A stretch of 64,000 bases of DNA, taken from NCBI GenBank assembly GCA_009711785.1, contig VENA01000016.1, positions 217,647 to 281,646 of the forward strand. The letters are read 5' to 3'. Positions 28,646 through 38,360 of this stretch are shown here, in pieces; the first letter of the stretch is position 1; each line of letters begins with the position of its first letter. The notes beneath the pieces were generated by a model that made no database searches, was not told the DNA's origin, and was given only the letters and a program-made list of their open reading frames with translations. A program made the position numbers and the translations under genes. This DNA is from Bacillota bacterium (GTDB lineage Bacteria > Bacillota > Clostridia > Tissierellales > MES13).

Positions 28646-29266
28646 CTATTTTCTAACCAGATTATCAACACCTAAATGAATTATTTCAATCTTCAGTTTA
28701 AAGTTATTTATTGAAACATCAATTTTGCCTTCATCTTCAATGGCCATTATTAGACAATCTTTTAAAGTAGCAAATAATAGATCAAAAATATTTTTTTTAA
28801 GGTCTTTTGAATCTACTTTTAACATCATATTATTCCAACATTCCTCAAATATTGGATGTTCGAAAATTACATTTGCCATTACATTGTAAAATATCGATGT
28901 TGCTTTCGCACTCTTTATTATTTGTTTAAGTAATAATACTCTAGCTGATTCTTCTTTATTCTTTAACTTATTGATTTCACGCATAAATAAAGTTTCCATA
29001 AGTTCATAAATATTCAGTTGCTGTTGACTCGTAGTATGCACTAACTCCTCATGCCCTCGATTTTGTGTTTCAGATATCAAATAAATTAACGCTTTTTCTT
29101 TGTCAATAAAATACTGATAAAAACTACCTCTTGGAATATCAGCTGAATTGACAATATTTTTCACTGATACTTCTTCAAGCGGTACACGTGAGTACTCGTC
29201 GAAAACAGCTCTATATACGCGTTTTTGCTTCTCTTCATTCAGATTAAAATATGTTTTAGTTGGCAT
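28646..29266 (-). CDS. TetR/AcrR family transcriptional regulator
   Basis: 206 aa with an N-terminal HTH (VSVKNIVNSADIPRGSFYQYF). Confidence 0.8.
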   Translation of the reverse strand: MPTKTYFNLNEEKQKRVYRAVFDEYSRVPLEEVSVKNIVNSADIPRGSFYQYFIDKEKALIYLISETQNRGHEELVHTTSQQQLNIYELMETLFMREINKLKNKEESARVLLLKQIIKSAKATSIFYNVMANVIFEHPIFEECWNNMMLKVDSKDLKKNIFDLLFATLKDCLIMAIEDEGKIDVSINNFKLKIEIIHLGVDNLVRK

Positions 29267-29284
29267 TATTATCTACCTTTCTAA

Positions 29285-30325
29285 TTACGAATATTTAGTT
29301 TTCATTTTATCATATGTTTTAGGATTTCGTGAAAAAGGACAAACACTTATACATACGGCACAGCCCATAGTTGCAGAGAAAGATACAAAACATTTTTCTC
29401 GATCATAACTTTCATATCTATCTTTTGTATTTTCTGAATGACTGATTTGCACAAATTTAGGTTTTTTATAGATTGCTTCAACCGGACATGACCTAGCACA
29501 ATTACCACACTTATTGCAAAACTCACGAATCCATTCATGTTCAATTGTATCTGTAGGCTCAAATATTTTCTTATCAATGAAAATTGGAGATATGCGGCAA
29601 CGTGGTCCAAATTCTTTTGTTATAACCATTCCATGACGACCTATTAACCCTAAACCTGCTTTTTCTGCAAGAGGCACAAAGTCGACTAAGCCTCCTAATG
29701 GATGATTAGCCATTCCCATAATTTCATACTTCGTTTTTAACCATTTTATAATATCATTTGTTGCAATCCCTAAAGAGTTGTAAGTATTCATAACTTCCAT
29801 TCCGGCATCTAATTCTGGTGCTTTTTCAATAGGCTCTTTTTTCATTTTTTGAGCAAAAACTAGGGCATATTGAAAGGGGATAGCTTTACCTTCAAATATA
29901 TATTCTTCTGGAACTTTGGTAAATCCTACAATTACCTTATGTTTATTCCATGAGTATTGAAGCAAATCATTCCAAATGCCCTTATTTGGGAATGTTTTAA
30001 CAACTTTTTCAGATGTATGAGGAATTTCTTTCCCATTTTCCAGTGAACATAAATAATCATCCATATCCTTATAGTTCTTTTTAATATTGTTTAGCATACT
30101 TGGCATTCTTTTTGCCATGTGTGTTGCCAAACGAATACCGCCTTTTAGTCCTTGATTAGCAAACATTTTTTTTGCTCTATTCTTAATTGCGCCAGATTTT
30201 TTCTTGTATTCACTGGTTGTAAAATACTCAAAGCCTTCCATAACTGCTGTGTCGCTCGCTTTACATATTTTTTCTGGAAATTTCTTTAGCCTTGTCAAAA
30301 ATTTTTTTTCTTCTTTACTATTCAT
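29285..30325 (-). CDS. Reductive dehalogenase / QueG-superfamily Fe-S protein, paralogue 2
   Basis: GLGLIGRHGMVITKEFGPRCRISPIFID, then CNKCGNCARSCP and CAVCISVCP. The start is placed at ATG 30325, behind a TGGGGGT SD sequence (track start GTG 30346 lies inside the palindrome). Confidence 0.6.
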   Translation of the reverse strand: MNSKEEKKFLTRLKKFPEKICKASDTAVMEGFEYFTTSEYKKKSGAIKNRAKKMFANQGLKGGIRLATHMAKRMPSMLNNIKKNYKDMDDYLCSLENGKEIPHTSEKVVKTFPNKGIWNDLLQYSWNKHKVIVGFTKVPEEYIFEGKAIPFQYALVFAQKMKKEPIEKAPELDAGMEVMNTYNSLGIATNDIIKWLKTKYEIMGMANHPLGGLVDFVPLAEKAGLGLIGRHGMVITKEFGPRCRISPIFIDKKIFEPTDTIEHEWIREFCNKCGNCARSCPVEAIYKKPKFVQISHSENTKDRYESYDREKCFVSFSATMGCAVCISVCPFSRNPKTYDKMKTKYS

Positions 30326-30338
30326 AATATACCCCCAT

Positions 30339-30354
30339 AATGACACGTGTCATT
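30339..30354. promoter_or_regulatory. Perfect 16-bp palindrome, candidate TetR operator of the rdhA-like operon
   Basis: AATGACACGTGTCATT lies between the predicted promoter and the SD sequence of paralogue 2. Confidence 0.5.
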
Positions 30355-30365
30355 GTTATGTTAAA

Positions 30366-30395
30366 ATTATATAACGTCGTGCTTTATCTTGTCAA
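30366..30395 (-). promoter_or_regulatory. Sigma-A-like promoter of the rdhA-like/TetR operon
   Basis: On the minus strand, TTGACA (30395-30390) and TATATAAT (-10 region, 30373-30366). The spacer is 16-18 nt depending on register. Confidence 0.45.
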
Positions 30396-30631
30396 GTTTT
30401 AGTTTAAGTTGAATAAATGCGCTCTATCATCAGTCTCATCAATATGCCTATGTTTTTTAATCTCAAGAATCACAAATCTACCTAGAATTATCCTAAGAGT
30501 GTAATAGATTTCTTCTCTCAAAAATATTGCTCTTGAAATATTCAAAATTTCAAAACTCTCATAGATCCTTTTTATCAAGTATTTTGTTTCCTTTGTAAAC
30601 AACCACAAAAAACTCTAAACAATTACACAAT

Positions 30632-30726
30632 ATTCTCTATTTCTACGTAATTGTACACCCCTCTTAATGAAAAAAAACTCAACCCGTAGTTTGAGGGAAC
30701 AATTAACACACTTCAATATCTACTTA
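30632..30726. repeat. Copy A of a ~80-95 nt direct repeat
   Basis: ATTCTCTAT...TAGTTTGAGGGAACAATTAACACACTTCAATATCTACTTA, against copy B ATTCTCTAT...TAGTTGAGGGAACACAGAACACGTTTCAATATTTACTTA. Confidence 0.6.
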
Positions 30727-30847
30727 AAAGCCTTAAGTATCAGAATATTTCTTCTTTTACATGGTTCTGTTATTTAAAAAAGTCAATATTATAACAAAAT
30801 TTAGTAAATGGATAACTGTTTAATCGTCATTACTAGAACATATTTAA

Positions 30848-31261
30848 TTATTTTACAAATAATGAAAGTGCAACTAATAATACTGCTAGGGGCAATCTTG
30901 CAAGAGCAATTTTAATCCATGCCTTATCTCCAGAAATATTAGATACCCTTTTACGACCTTCTTTATTAAAAATAACTAATATACCTTTTATAACCCATCC
31001 AATTGGTAATATACACATTAAAATCCAACTTGCCCAGTTTTTATCACTAGGAATAAATTTAATTAATGCTATAATATATAAAGCAATCAAACATATTGAT
31101 ATTAAAATAAACCATATTGGACGTCTCTGCCCTGAATATGCAGATGCCTCAATCTTTTGCCACCTTCCCCCCATTATTATCATTGCTAAACTCGTAAAAA
31201 TAACCCCTGCAGCAATAATAAATCCAAATAACCTTATGAATATCATACAATACCACCCCAT
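30848..31261 (-). CDS. Small 4-TM membrane protein (hypothetical)
   Basis: 137 aa and hydrophobic. An alternative start is ATG 31246, behind a GGGGTGG SD sequence. Confidence 0.45.
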   Translation of the reverse strand: MGWYCMIFIRLFGFIIAAGVIFTSLAMIIMGGRWQKIEASAYSGQRRPIWFILISICLIALYIIALIKFIPSDKNWASWILMCILPIGWVIKGILVIFNKEGRKRVSNISGDKAWIKIALARLPLAVLLVALSLFVK

Positions 31262-31323
31262 CTTTATTTTTATATCTTTAAACCTACAAAATTGTTTCCT
31301 TTACTATTAAATCACTTATTAGA

Positions 31324-31656
31324 TTATTTCATTCCGTTCATTATAATATCTAAAATACTATCTACTACATCATCAACCCTCTCTCCTTTCATAAACTCAT
31401 AATTCTCTAAACATAGGATACAAGATGTAATCATATAGCTGTAATACTAACTTTAAAATCCTCTTTTAGTTCACACTTATCCTATAAGCCATTATCACTT
31501 CTTTAAGTATTCTATAGCCTTTTGAAATCCCAGCACCTTCTACAATACTTTCTATGGTTACCCTATTATAATTAGCCCTAGAAAACTGTTAAATTGCTGA
31601 GTCGTTAATTCTATCTTGTTTCTCCTTTTGTAAATTTAAAAAGTGTCTTTTGGCAT
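31324..31656 (-). pseudogene. Decayed TetR-family regulator (frameshift, in-frame stops, internal deletion)
   Basis: A GGGAG SD sequence precedes ATG 31656. MPKDTF is followed by a stop, after a T5 run. The shifted frame continues LNLQKEKQDRINDSAI*QFSRANYNRVTIESIVEGAGISKG (TetR HTH). A TetR-like C-terminus VDDVVDSILDIIMNGMK* ends at 31324. Only about 330 nt remain, against about 600 expected. Confidence 0.6.
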
Positions 31657-31692
31657 AATTAAACTCCCAGGTTATTATAGTACTCCAATTAT

Positions 31693-31750
31693 AAAAATAT
31701 GGTATTATGACTATAAGTCATATATCCTATAGTGATAATACCATATTTTT
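31693..31750. repeat. 16-bp perfect inverted repeat with inner palindrome upstream of the decayed TetR gene (candidate operator)
   Basis: AAAAATATGGTATTAT (31693-31708) / ATAATACCATATTTTT (31735-31750). The inner palindrome is TATGACT-ATA-AGTCATA. Confidence 0.5.
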
Positions 31751-31869
31751 TCAATTAAATGTCAACATACTCATTATTTTCTCTAAAAAAACTTTTCAAT
31801 ATTTTATACATAAAAATATAAGTTTACCATCCTTACTATTCTGCACCGGGTAGCTAAACGTATTTGCGA

Positions 31870-31950
31870 ATTCTCTATACATTTAGAATAAACAAAATTC
31901 CCCCAAACAAATAGTTGAGGGAACACAGAACACGTTTCAATATTTACTTA
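31870..31950. repeat. Copy B of the direct repeat
   Basis: See copy A. It has the same orientation, just downstream (minus strand) of the rlmD-like gene. Confidence 0.6.
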
Positions 31951-31977
31951 GAATTATTCTAACTCTTTGAGTTCAAC

Positions 31978-33354
31978 CTATTTCTTCTCTATCAGACAAA
32001 CTGTCTCAACATGATAAGTATGTGGAAACATATCTACAGGCTGTATCTCTTTAACTTTGTATCCATGTTTAGTTAAATATTTTAAATCCCTTTCTTGGGT
32101 TACTGGATTACAAGAAATATATATAACCCTTTTAGGATTAAGCTTAACTATTGAATGTAAAAACTGTTTAGTACTACCACTTCGAGGGGGATCCATAAAG
32201 ACTGTATCAACTCGTTCTTTTCTATTTGCCATTCTAACCATAAATTCACCAGCATCACTTTGATAAAAACGTACGTTTTTAATTTTATTTCTTTTAGCAT
32301 TTTTTATTGCATCTTTTACAGCATCCTTATTAAGTTCTACTCCAATAACTTTTTTGACTTTATCACTTAAAACCAATGATATAGTACCGATACCACAATA
32401 TGCATCAAGTACCACGTCATTGTTATTAAGCTTTGCCATATCTATCGCTTTATTGTATAGTTTTTCTGTTTGAACAGGATTAACTTGATAAAAAGACTTA
32501 AGTGAAATTTGAAAAATACAACCGCATAATGTATCTTCTATAAAGCCTTTTCCATATAATACCTTTTCAGTTTTCCCAAGAACTACACTAGTTTTTCGAT
32601 TGTTTATATTCATTACAATTGTAGTAATTTCAGGGTGCTTTTTAAGTAATGCTTTAATAAATTTCTTTTTTGAAGGAAATATTTTAGATGAAACAACCAA
32701 AGCAACCATAATTTCTCCACTTAAGTACCCTGTTTTTACTAATATATGTCGTAAAAATCCCTTTTTAGAATCTTCATCATAGGGTCTTAATTTAAATGAC
32801 TTCATTAATTTTCGAATAGATTTAATTATACTATCTGCTCTGGGATCTTGAATAATACATCGGTCTATAGCTACAACTTTATGACTATATTGTTGATATA
32901 TCCCTGAAACAATTTCTCCCCCTTTACCTCTACTAAGAGTTGAGTGAATTTTATTACGATAATCATAGGGTTCATCCATAGTAATAATTTCATTTATTTT
33001 ACCATACTTACCCAATAACTCTTTTACAATTTTCTCTTTGAATTCAGCTTGTGCTTCATATTTCATATGTTGTAAATGACATCCACCACATTGATGAAAA
33101 TGTGGACACTTTGGTACTATTCTATCCTTAGATTTTTTCTCGATATTTTTCACTCTTGCAGTCGTATAATTCCTTTTTTTTCTAACTTCTACAAGTGCTT
33201 TTTCACCCTCTATTAAATTAGGAACAGAAACTTTCTTTTTATTGATTTTAATAATACCCTTACCTTGTCTATCTGTGGATATACAATCAACCTTTAATTT
33301 TTTATTAGATTTTATCTTTTTTCGATTTTTTTTCTTTTTCTTATTTTTTTTCAT
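31978..33354 (-). CDS. 23S rRNA (uracil-C5)-methyltransferase RlmD/RumA family, paralogue with poly-Lys N-terminus
   Basis: 458 aa. TRAM-like N-terminal domain, Cys cluster CPHFHQCGGCHLQH, SAM motifs DAYCGIGTISL and DPPRSG, and catalytic SCNP. Confidence 0.8.
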   Translation of the reverse strand: MKKNKKKKKNRKKIKSNKKLKVDCISTDRQGKGIIKINKKKVSVPNLIEGEKALVEVRKKRNYTTARVKNIEKKSKDRIVPKCPHFHQCGGCHLQHMKYEAQAEFKEKIVKELLGKYGKINEIITMDEPYDYRNKIHSTLSRGKGGEIVSGIYQQYSHKVVAIDRCIIQDPRADSIIKSIRKLMKSFKLRPYDEDSKKGFLRHILVKTGYLSGEIMVALVVSSKIFPSKKKFIKALLKKHPEITTIVMNINNRKTSVVLGKTEKVLYGKGFIEDTLCGCIFQISLKSFYQVNPVQTEKLYNKAIDMAKLNNNDVVLDAYCGIGTISLVLSDKVKKVIGVELNKDAVKDAIKNAKRNKIKNVRFYQSDAGEFMVRMANRKERVDTVFMDPPRSGSTKQFLHSIVKLNPKRVIYISCNPVTQERDLKYLTKHGYKVKEIQPVDMFPHTYHVETVCLIEKK

Positions 33355-33430
33355 AAACTATCATCCTTAAATTATTTTTAGTATTAAATACATAAAACTA
33401 ATTATATTTTACTATTTTCTCAACATGAAA

Positions 33431-34798
33431 TTATCCTATTTTCTCTATTAGTGCAACACACTCTACATGCATCGTATGGGGAAACATATCTACTGGTTGA
33501 ATTTCTTTTGTTATATAATTACTATTATTTAAGTATTTTAAATCACGGGCTAGTGTTGCTGGATTACAAGATACATATACAACTCTCTTAGGCTTCATTT
33601 TTACTATTGTATCTAAAACAGCTTCATCACATCCCTTTCTTGGTGGGTCAATTACTATAACATCTGCACTTACTCCTTTATTATAAAGCTTAGGGAATAT
33701 TTCCTCAGCTGTCCCGTCATAAAACTCTGTATTATTTATATTATTTTCCTTTGCATTTTCTTTAGCATCTAATATTGCTTCTTTTACAACTTCAATACCA
33801 TATACTTTTTTTGCTTTCTTTGAAAGAAACAAAGAAATTGTTCCAATACCACAATATAAGTCAAATACAGTTTCACTTCCTGTTAAATTTGCATATTCTA
33901 AAGCCTTTTGATATAAAATTTTAGTTTGCATAGGATTTACCTGATAAAAAGACTTTGCTGATATTTTAAATTTTAAATCGCCTATATAGTCTATTATTTT
34001 TTCATCACCATATAGTAATTTAGTTTCCCTTCCTAATATTACATTGCTTTTTCTATTGTTTATATTTTGAATAATACTTTTTATATTAGGAATTTTATCT
34101 GTTAATGTTTTTATTAGTTTATCTTTATATGGTATATTCCTTCCATTAGTAATAATAACAACCATTAAATCCCCTGTAGCAAAGGAAACTTTAGTTAGTA
34201 TGTGTCTTATAATGCCTGTATTACTTTTTTCATTATATGGAGTGATTTTATATTTTTGTATAAAGGCTTTTACTAACTTAATAACCTCATCATTTGCTTT
34301 ATGTTGTATAACACATGATTTTGTATCTACTACTTCATGACTTCCCCTTTTATAAAAACCAATTGAAAGTTTATTATTACTCATCCTAACAGGAAATTGA
34401 GCCTTATTTCTATATCTAAAGGGCTCATCCATACCTAATGTATCCTGTATGATTATATCATCCATTTTACCTATTCGTTTCATATCATTTTTTACTCTTT
34501 CTGTTTTAATATCTAATTGCTTTTGATAATTTAAGCCTTGTAATTGACAACCACCACAATTATAAGATATAGGACATTTAGGAAGTATTCTATGCTTTGA
34601 TGGATTTGCTATTTTAACCATTTCACCAACAGCATAACTTTTTTTTACTTTATTAATTTTAACTGTTCCCTTATCTCCTATAATTCCATTTCCTACAAAA
34701 ATTGCAAAACCATCCTTTTTACATACTCCTTGACCTCTATGATTAATATCTATAACTTCCAGACTATATTCCTTATTTTTCTTAACAGGTACATCCAT
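33431..34798 (-). CDS. 23S rRNA (uracil-C5)-methyltransferase RlmD/RumA family
   Basis: 455 aa. CPISYNCGGCQLQ, DLYCGIGTISL, DPPRKG and SCNP. Confidence 0.85.
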   Translation of the reverse strand: MDVPVKKNKEYSLEVIDINHRGQGVCKKDGFAIFVGNGIIGDKGTVKINKVKKSYAVGEMVKIANPSKHRILPKCPISYNCGGCQLQGLNYQKQLDIKTERVKNDMKRIGKMDDIIIQDTLGMDEPFRYRNKAQFPVRMSNNKLSIGFYKRGSHEVVDTKSCVIQHKANDEVIKLVKAFIQKYKITPYNEKSNTGIIRHILTKVSFATGDLMVVIITNGRNIPYKDKLIKTLTDKIPNIKSIIQNINNRKSNVILGRETKLLYGDEKIIDYIGDLKFKISAKSFYQVNPMQTKILYQKALEYANLTGSETVFDLYCGIGTISLFLSKKAKKVYGIEVVKEAILDAKENAKENNINNTEFYDGTAEEIFPKLYNKGVSADVIVIDPPRKGCDEAVLDTIVKMKPKRVVYVSCNPATLARDLKYLNNSNYITKEIQPVDMFPHTMHVECVALIEKIG

Positions 34799-34984
34799 GT
34801 AAATGCCTCCTTACTTGTTTTGAATAAATTTTGTACATTTCATTCGTTTTATAATTTCTTTTGTCATATATTTAACATATAAGCTATTTTTTGTCATTTT
34901 TTATCCTACGATAAACATTTATTTTTACTTGTCTTTATTATAAAATAGTATATAAGAGAGACAAGCTATTAAAGGGGGAATCGA

Positions 34985-36304
34985 ATGCTAAGATTTTTTA
35001 AGAATTTATTAATTATTTCATTAATTTGTGTTATTGCAATGGGCATACCTATTAATCAAAGTCCTATTGAAGGAAATTCTACAAAAACCCTAGGAAATAA
35101 TGATGGTAAAAAAGTTTATTTATCAACTCAATTAAAGGATTTTTTAACAAATCCAAAGGAAATGACTATAAGCCACAAAGCAATAGGAAATGAAACACTT
35201 AAATACAATGATAATAAAATATTTAAAATTGAAATTTATAAAAATAACTCACTACTTAAAACATTAAAATCAGGTAAAATATCCTCTAATAAACTTAAAC
35301 TAACAAAATCTAACCCATATACCACTACCATTAATATATCACAAAACCAATTAAATTTACCAAATGGAAATTATAGACTACGCATTAAAAGTAATTCCGA
35401 TAATATGAAATACATAACTCCTATTAATTTAAATGTTAACTTTTTAAGTGAAGTTCCGTATATAAAAGCAAAAAATAAAACACCTAAAAGTTTAATGGGA
35501 TTAACATTATTTTTTCCTAGTAAAAATTATAACATTTCTCAATTAGTTGGTGTAACCCGTTTTGTAAAAACAAATAAAAGACCTTTAACGACAACATTAG
35601 AAGAATTAAAAAAAGGACCTCAAGCTAATATAGGTCTAAACAACACACCACCTATAGGAGATTTTGAGTATGTAGTAAGAAAAAATATAACTTATATTAA
35701 TCTTCCTTCAACTGAAAAAAAATATACTAAAAATGAGTTAATAAGTAAAACTGCAATGACATCTATGCTTAAATCAATAGGTTCAAATGAGGAAGTAAAA
35801 ACTATTAAATTTACAATTGATAATACAACTTACGATAAATTTTTTAATGGAGAAGTTGTTAATAAACCTATAGATATAGATTTTAATAATAGATTATATC
35901 TAGCTTATAATACGCCAAAGCGATACTTTTTAGTTGACTGTAAATTAGATGTATTTACTAAAGATGATACTTTAAATACTAAGGTTGAAAAAATGTTTGA
36001 TGCATTAAAAAACTATAACGTTAAACATCTTTGGAACCCAATACCTAAAGGTATAGAACTTATCAATTATAATTATGCAGATAATACTTTAACTCTTAAT
36101 TTCAATGATAAGTTTAAATCCTTTTATAAAGATGATAACTTTAAACTTATTATGCTAGATTCTATTCTTTATTCATTTACAAGTATAAAAGATATTAAAC
36201 AAGTTAAAATCCTTATAAATAACAAAACTATTAAAACTTTTGCAGGAATTAATCTAGAAAAACCACTTAAAAGACCATTATATATAAATCCTGAAGTTAA
36301 CTAA
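34985..36304 (+). CDS. Secreted GerMN-domain-like protein (sporulation/germination associated)
   Basis: 439 aa with an N-terminal signal or anchor. Two GerMN-like segments (...TTTLEELKKGP..., ...MLDSILYSFTSIKDIKQVKILINN...). Confidence 0.5.
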   Translation: MLRFFKNLLIISLICVIAMGIPINQSPIEGNSTKTLGNNDGKKVYLSTQLKDFLTNPKEMTISHKAIGNETLKYNDNKIFKIEIYKNNSLLKTLKSGKISSNKLKLTKSNPYTTTINISQNQLNLPNGNYRLRIKSNSDNMKYITPINLNVNFLSEVPYIKAKNKTPKSLMGLTLFFPSKNYNISQLVGVTRFVKTNKRPLTTTLEELKKGPQANIGLNNTPPIGDFEYVVRKNITYINLPSTEKKYTKNELISKTAMTSMLKSIGSNEEVKTIKFTIDNTTYDKFFNGEVVNKPIDIDFNNRLYLAYNTPKRYFLVDCKLDVFTKDDTLNTKVEKMFDALKNYNVKHLWNPIPKGIELINYNYADNTLTLNFNDKFKSFYKDDNFKLIMLDSILYSFTSIKDIKQVKILINNKTIKTFAGINLEKPLKRPLYINPEVN

Positions 36305-36311
36305 AAAAAGG

Positions 36312-36333
36312 GGCACACCCGAAAGGGTGTGCC
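36312..36333. terminator. GC-rich hairpin terminator between convergent genes
   Basis: GGCACACCC-GAAA-GGGTGTGCC. The A7 run on the plus-strand 5' side gives a U-tract for the minus-strand aldo/keto reductase transcript. Confidence 0.75.
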
Positions 36334-36411
36334 TAAAAATAAGAATCAGTTTGCCCATTATTATTTTAATGGTATTATACAATTTTAACCAATATGTATA
36401 TAATTATACAA

Positions 36412-37422
36412 TTAGCTAAAGTTTTTATTCACTCTTTTTAACATTTCCCTTATCGGCAAGTCATATGGACATCTATTTTCACATTCTCCACACTCTATAC
36501 ATTCATCTGCAGTATGTTCTAAGCCACTATACCTTTCCTTAGCCCATTTTTCTAGATCATATCTTAATAAATAACCCTCTAATACAAATTGAGATGCTAT
36601 ATCTATCCCTTGTGGACAAGGTTGACAATAACCACATCTTCTACAAAACTCAGTTCCTAGTTCTTTAGCTTCATCTAACAAAATATTTCTTTCTTCACTA
36701 GATAAAGCTACATATTTATTTCCAACACTTGCATTATCCACTATATGTTTTATTTCTTTCATACCAGGGATAACTGTAGTTACATCTTCATTTTCTAATA
36801 TAAATCTAAGGGAATAATTAACATTAGTTATAGCTCCACCGGCTACAGGTTTCATTACTATTACACCTATATCTAATTCACTAGCTCTTTTATATAAAGC
36901 CTCTGCTCTTGTTTCAACTGGATTATATGGAAATTGTATCGTTGAAAATTCCTTAGTTTCCACTGCTTTTTCAAGTATATGTAAATCATGACTTGTAATA
37001 CCTATTTCTTTTATTAGTCCATTTTCTTTTGCTTCTTTTAAGGCTTTAAGTGCACCATCTTCTCCCATAACTTTATTGTATTGTTCTTTAGTTTTTACAT
37101 TGTGTAATTGATAAAGATCTATACATTCTACTTTTAATTTATCTAGACTTTCTTTTATTTTTTCTTTCATTCCTTTATAATCACGAACAGGGCATTTTGT
37201 TGCAACTATCCATTTCTCTCTACCGACACTTTCAATTCCATACCCTATTAACTCTTCACTCTTTCCATATCCAGTAGCAGTATCTATAAAATTAATACCT
37301 TCTTCACTAGCTTTAGTTATTAGTTTTATAGCTGTATCTTTATCTACCTTCTGTATAGGTATACCCCCAAAACCTACTACTGAAACTTCAAATCCTGTTT
37401 TTCCTAAAATTCTTTTTAACAT
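36412..37422 (-). CDS. Aldo/keto reductase with C-terminal Fe-S (ferredoxin-like) domain
   Basis: 336 aa. AKR N-terminus (LGKTGFEVSVVGFGG, IDTATGYG) and C-terminal CRRCGYCQPCPQG and CIECGECENRCP. Confidence 0.75.
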   Translation of the reverse strand: MLKRILGKTGFEVSVVGFGGIPIQKVDKDTAIKLITKASEEGINFIDTATGYGKSEELIGYGIESVGREKWIVATKCPVRDYKGMKEKIKESLDKLKVECIDLYQLHNVKTKEQYNKVMGEDGALKALKEAKENGLIKEIGITSHDLHILEKAVETKEFSTIQFPYNPVETRAEALYKRASELDIGVIVMKPVAGGAITNVNYSLRFILENEDVTTVIPGMKEIKHIVDNASVGNKYVALSSEERNILLDEAKELGTEFCRRCGYCQPCPQGIDIASQFVLEGYLLRYDLEKWAKERYSGLEHTADECIECGECENRCPYDLPIREMLKRVNKNFS

Positions 37423-37445
37423 ATCTACCTCCTAAATATTTAGGT

Positions 37446-37838
37446 TTATCTAAAATAAATGTTGATATTTCCCTCTTCTATCATTCGTTTGAATTTTCTT
37501 TTTATAATACTTTTATAAATCTCTCGAGTACCTGGAATAACTAAAGTAAAACCTAATATATCAGTTATTATTCCTGGTGTTAATAAAAGTGCACCTCCTA
37601 TTAATACACATAATCCATTTAGTAACTGATTTCCAGGAACTCTACCACTATTTAATTCTAATTTTATCTTAGATAGAATTAGCCTTCCTTCAGATTTTGC
37701 AAGATATGCCCCTGCTATACCTGTAATTAATACTAAACCGACAGTTGTTAATGGACTTGTAACATCTGCTAATTGAAAAAGTATATATAACTCTACAATA
37801 GGAGTTATGGTAAATAATAAAATAAGTTTAGCTAACAT
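37446..37838 (-). CDS. fxsA: FxsA family membrane protein
   Basis: 130 aa. TM helices and the LLLTPGIITDILGFTLVIPGTR motif. Confidence 0.7.
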   Translation of the reverse strand: MLAKLILLFTITPIVELYILFQLADVTSPLTTVGLVLITGIAGAYLAKSEGRLILSKIKLELNSGRVPGNQLLNGLCVLIGGALLLTPGIITDILGFTLVIPGTREIYKSIIKRKFKRMIEEGNINIYFR

Positions 37839-37855
37839 GTTATCCCACCTTAATT

Positions 37856-38272
37856 TTAATTTTCATTAACCTCTTTTAATTTACTCCAAGCTTCTTTAAA
37901 ATTTTTTCTAAAGTTCACTGGTTTCAAATCTTTATCTACAAAGGCATGTTGTGTATATCCTTCAGCTAAAAGTTTATTATCCTTCTTCCTTACTATTTCA
38001 TAGAAAAATTTAATTTTTACCCCTTTTATGTTATCTAATTTTGTTTTTATTATAATTGCATCATCGTATTTAGCTGCCACTTTATATTTACATCCCACAT
38101 CTATTACTGGTAATAATACATTCTTATTTTCAAGTTCCTTATACTCCATCCCTAAGCTTCTTAAAAATTCTGTTCGCCCTATTTCAAACCAAGAAAAATA
38201 ATTTGCATGATATATTATTCCCATTTGATCAGTTTCTGAATATCTTGCTTTTATTGTAGTTTCATTTATCAT
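37856..38272 (-). CDS. Acyl-CoA thioesterase, YbgC/4HBT hotdog family
   Basis: 138 aa. The RYSETDQMGIIYHANYFSWFE N-terminal motif. Confidence 0.75.
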   Translation of the reverse strand: MINETTIKARYSETDQMGIIYHANYFSWFEIGRTEFLRSLGMEYKELENKNVLLPVIDVGCKYKVAAKYDDAIIIKTKLDNIKGVKIKFFYEIVRKKDNKLLAEGYTQHAFVDKDLKPVNFRKNFKEAWSKLKEVNEN

Positions 38273-38360
38273 AAAAATACCTCCAGTTTATAAACAGTAT
38301 ATAGTAATTATATCAATTTTAAGCAATAAAGAAAAGGTAGTGTTTCCACTACCTTTAAAA

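Noticed and set aside
30399-30608. 69-aa minus-strand ORF between repeat copy A and the rdhA-like operon promoter
   Set aside because: It starts with TTG and has no SD sequence. I recognise no motifs. It overlaps the predicted promoter region, so it is probably non-coding or a gene remnant.
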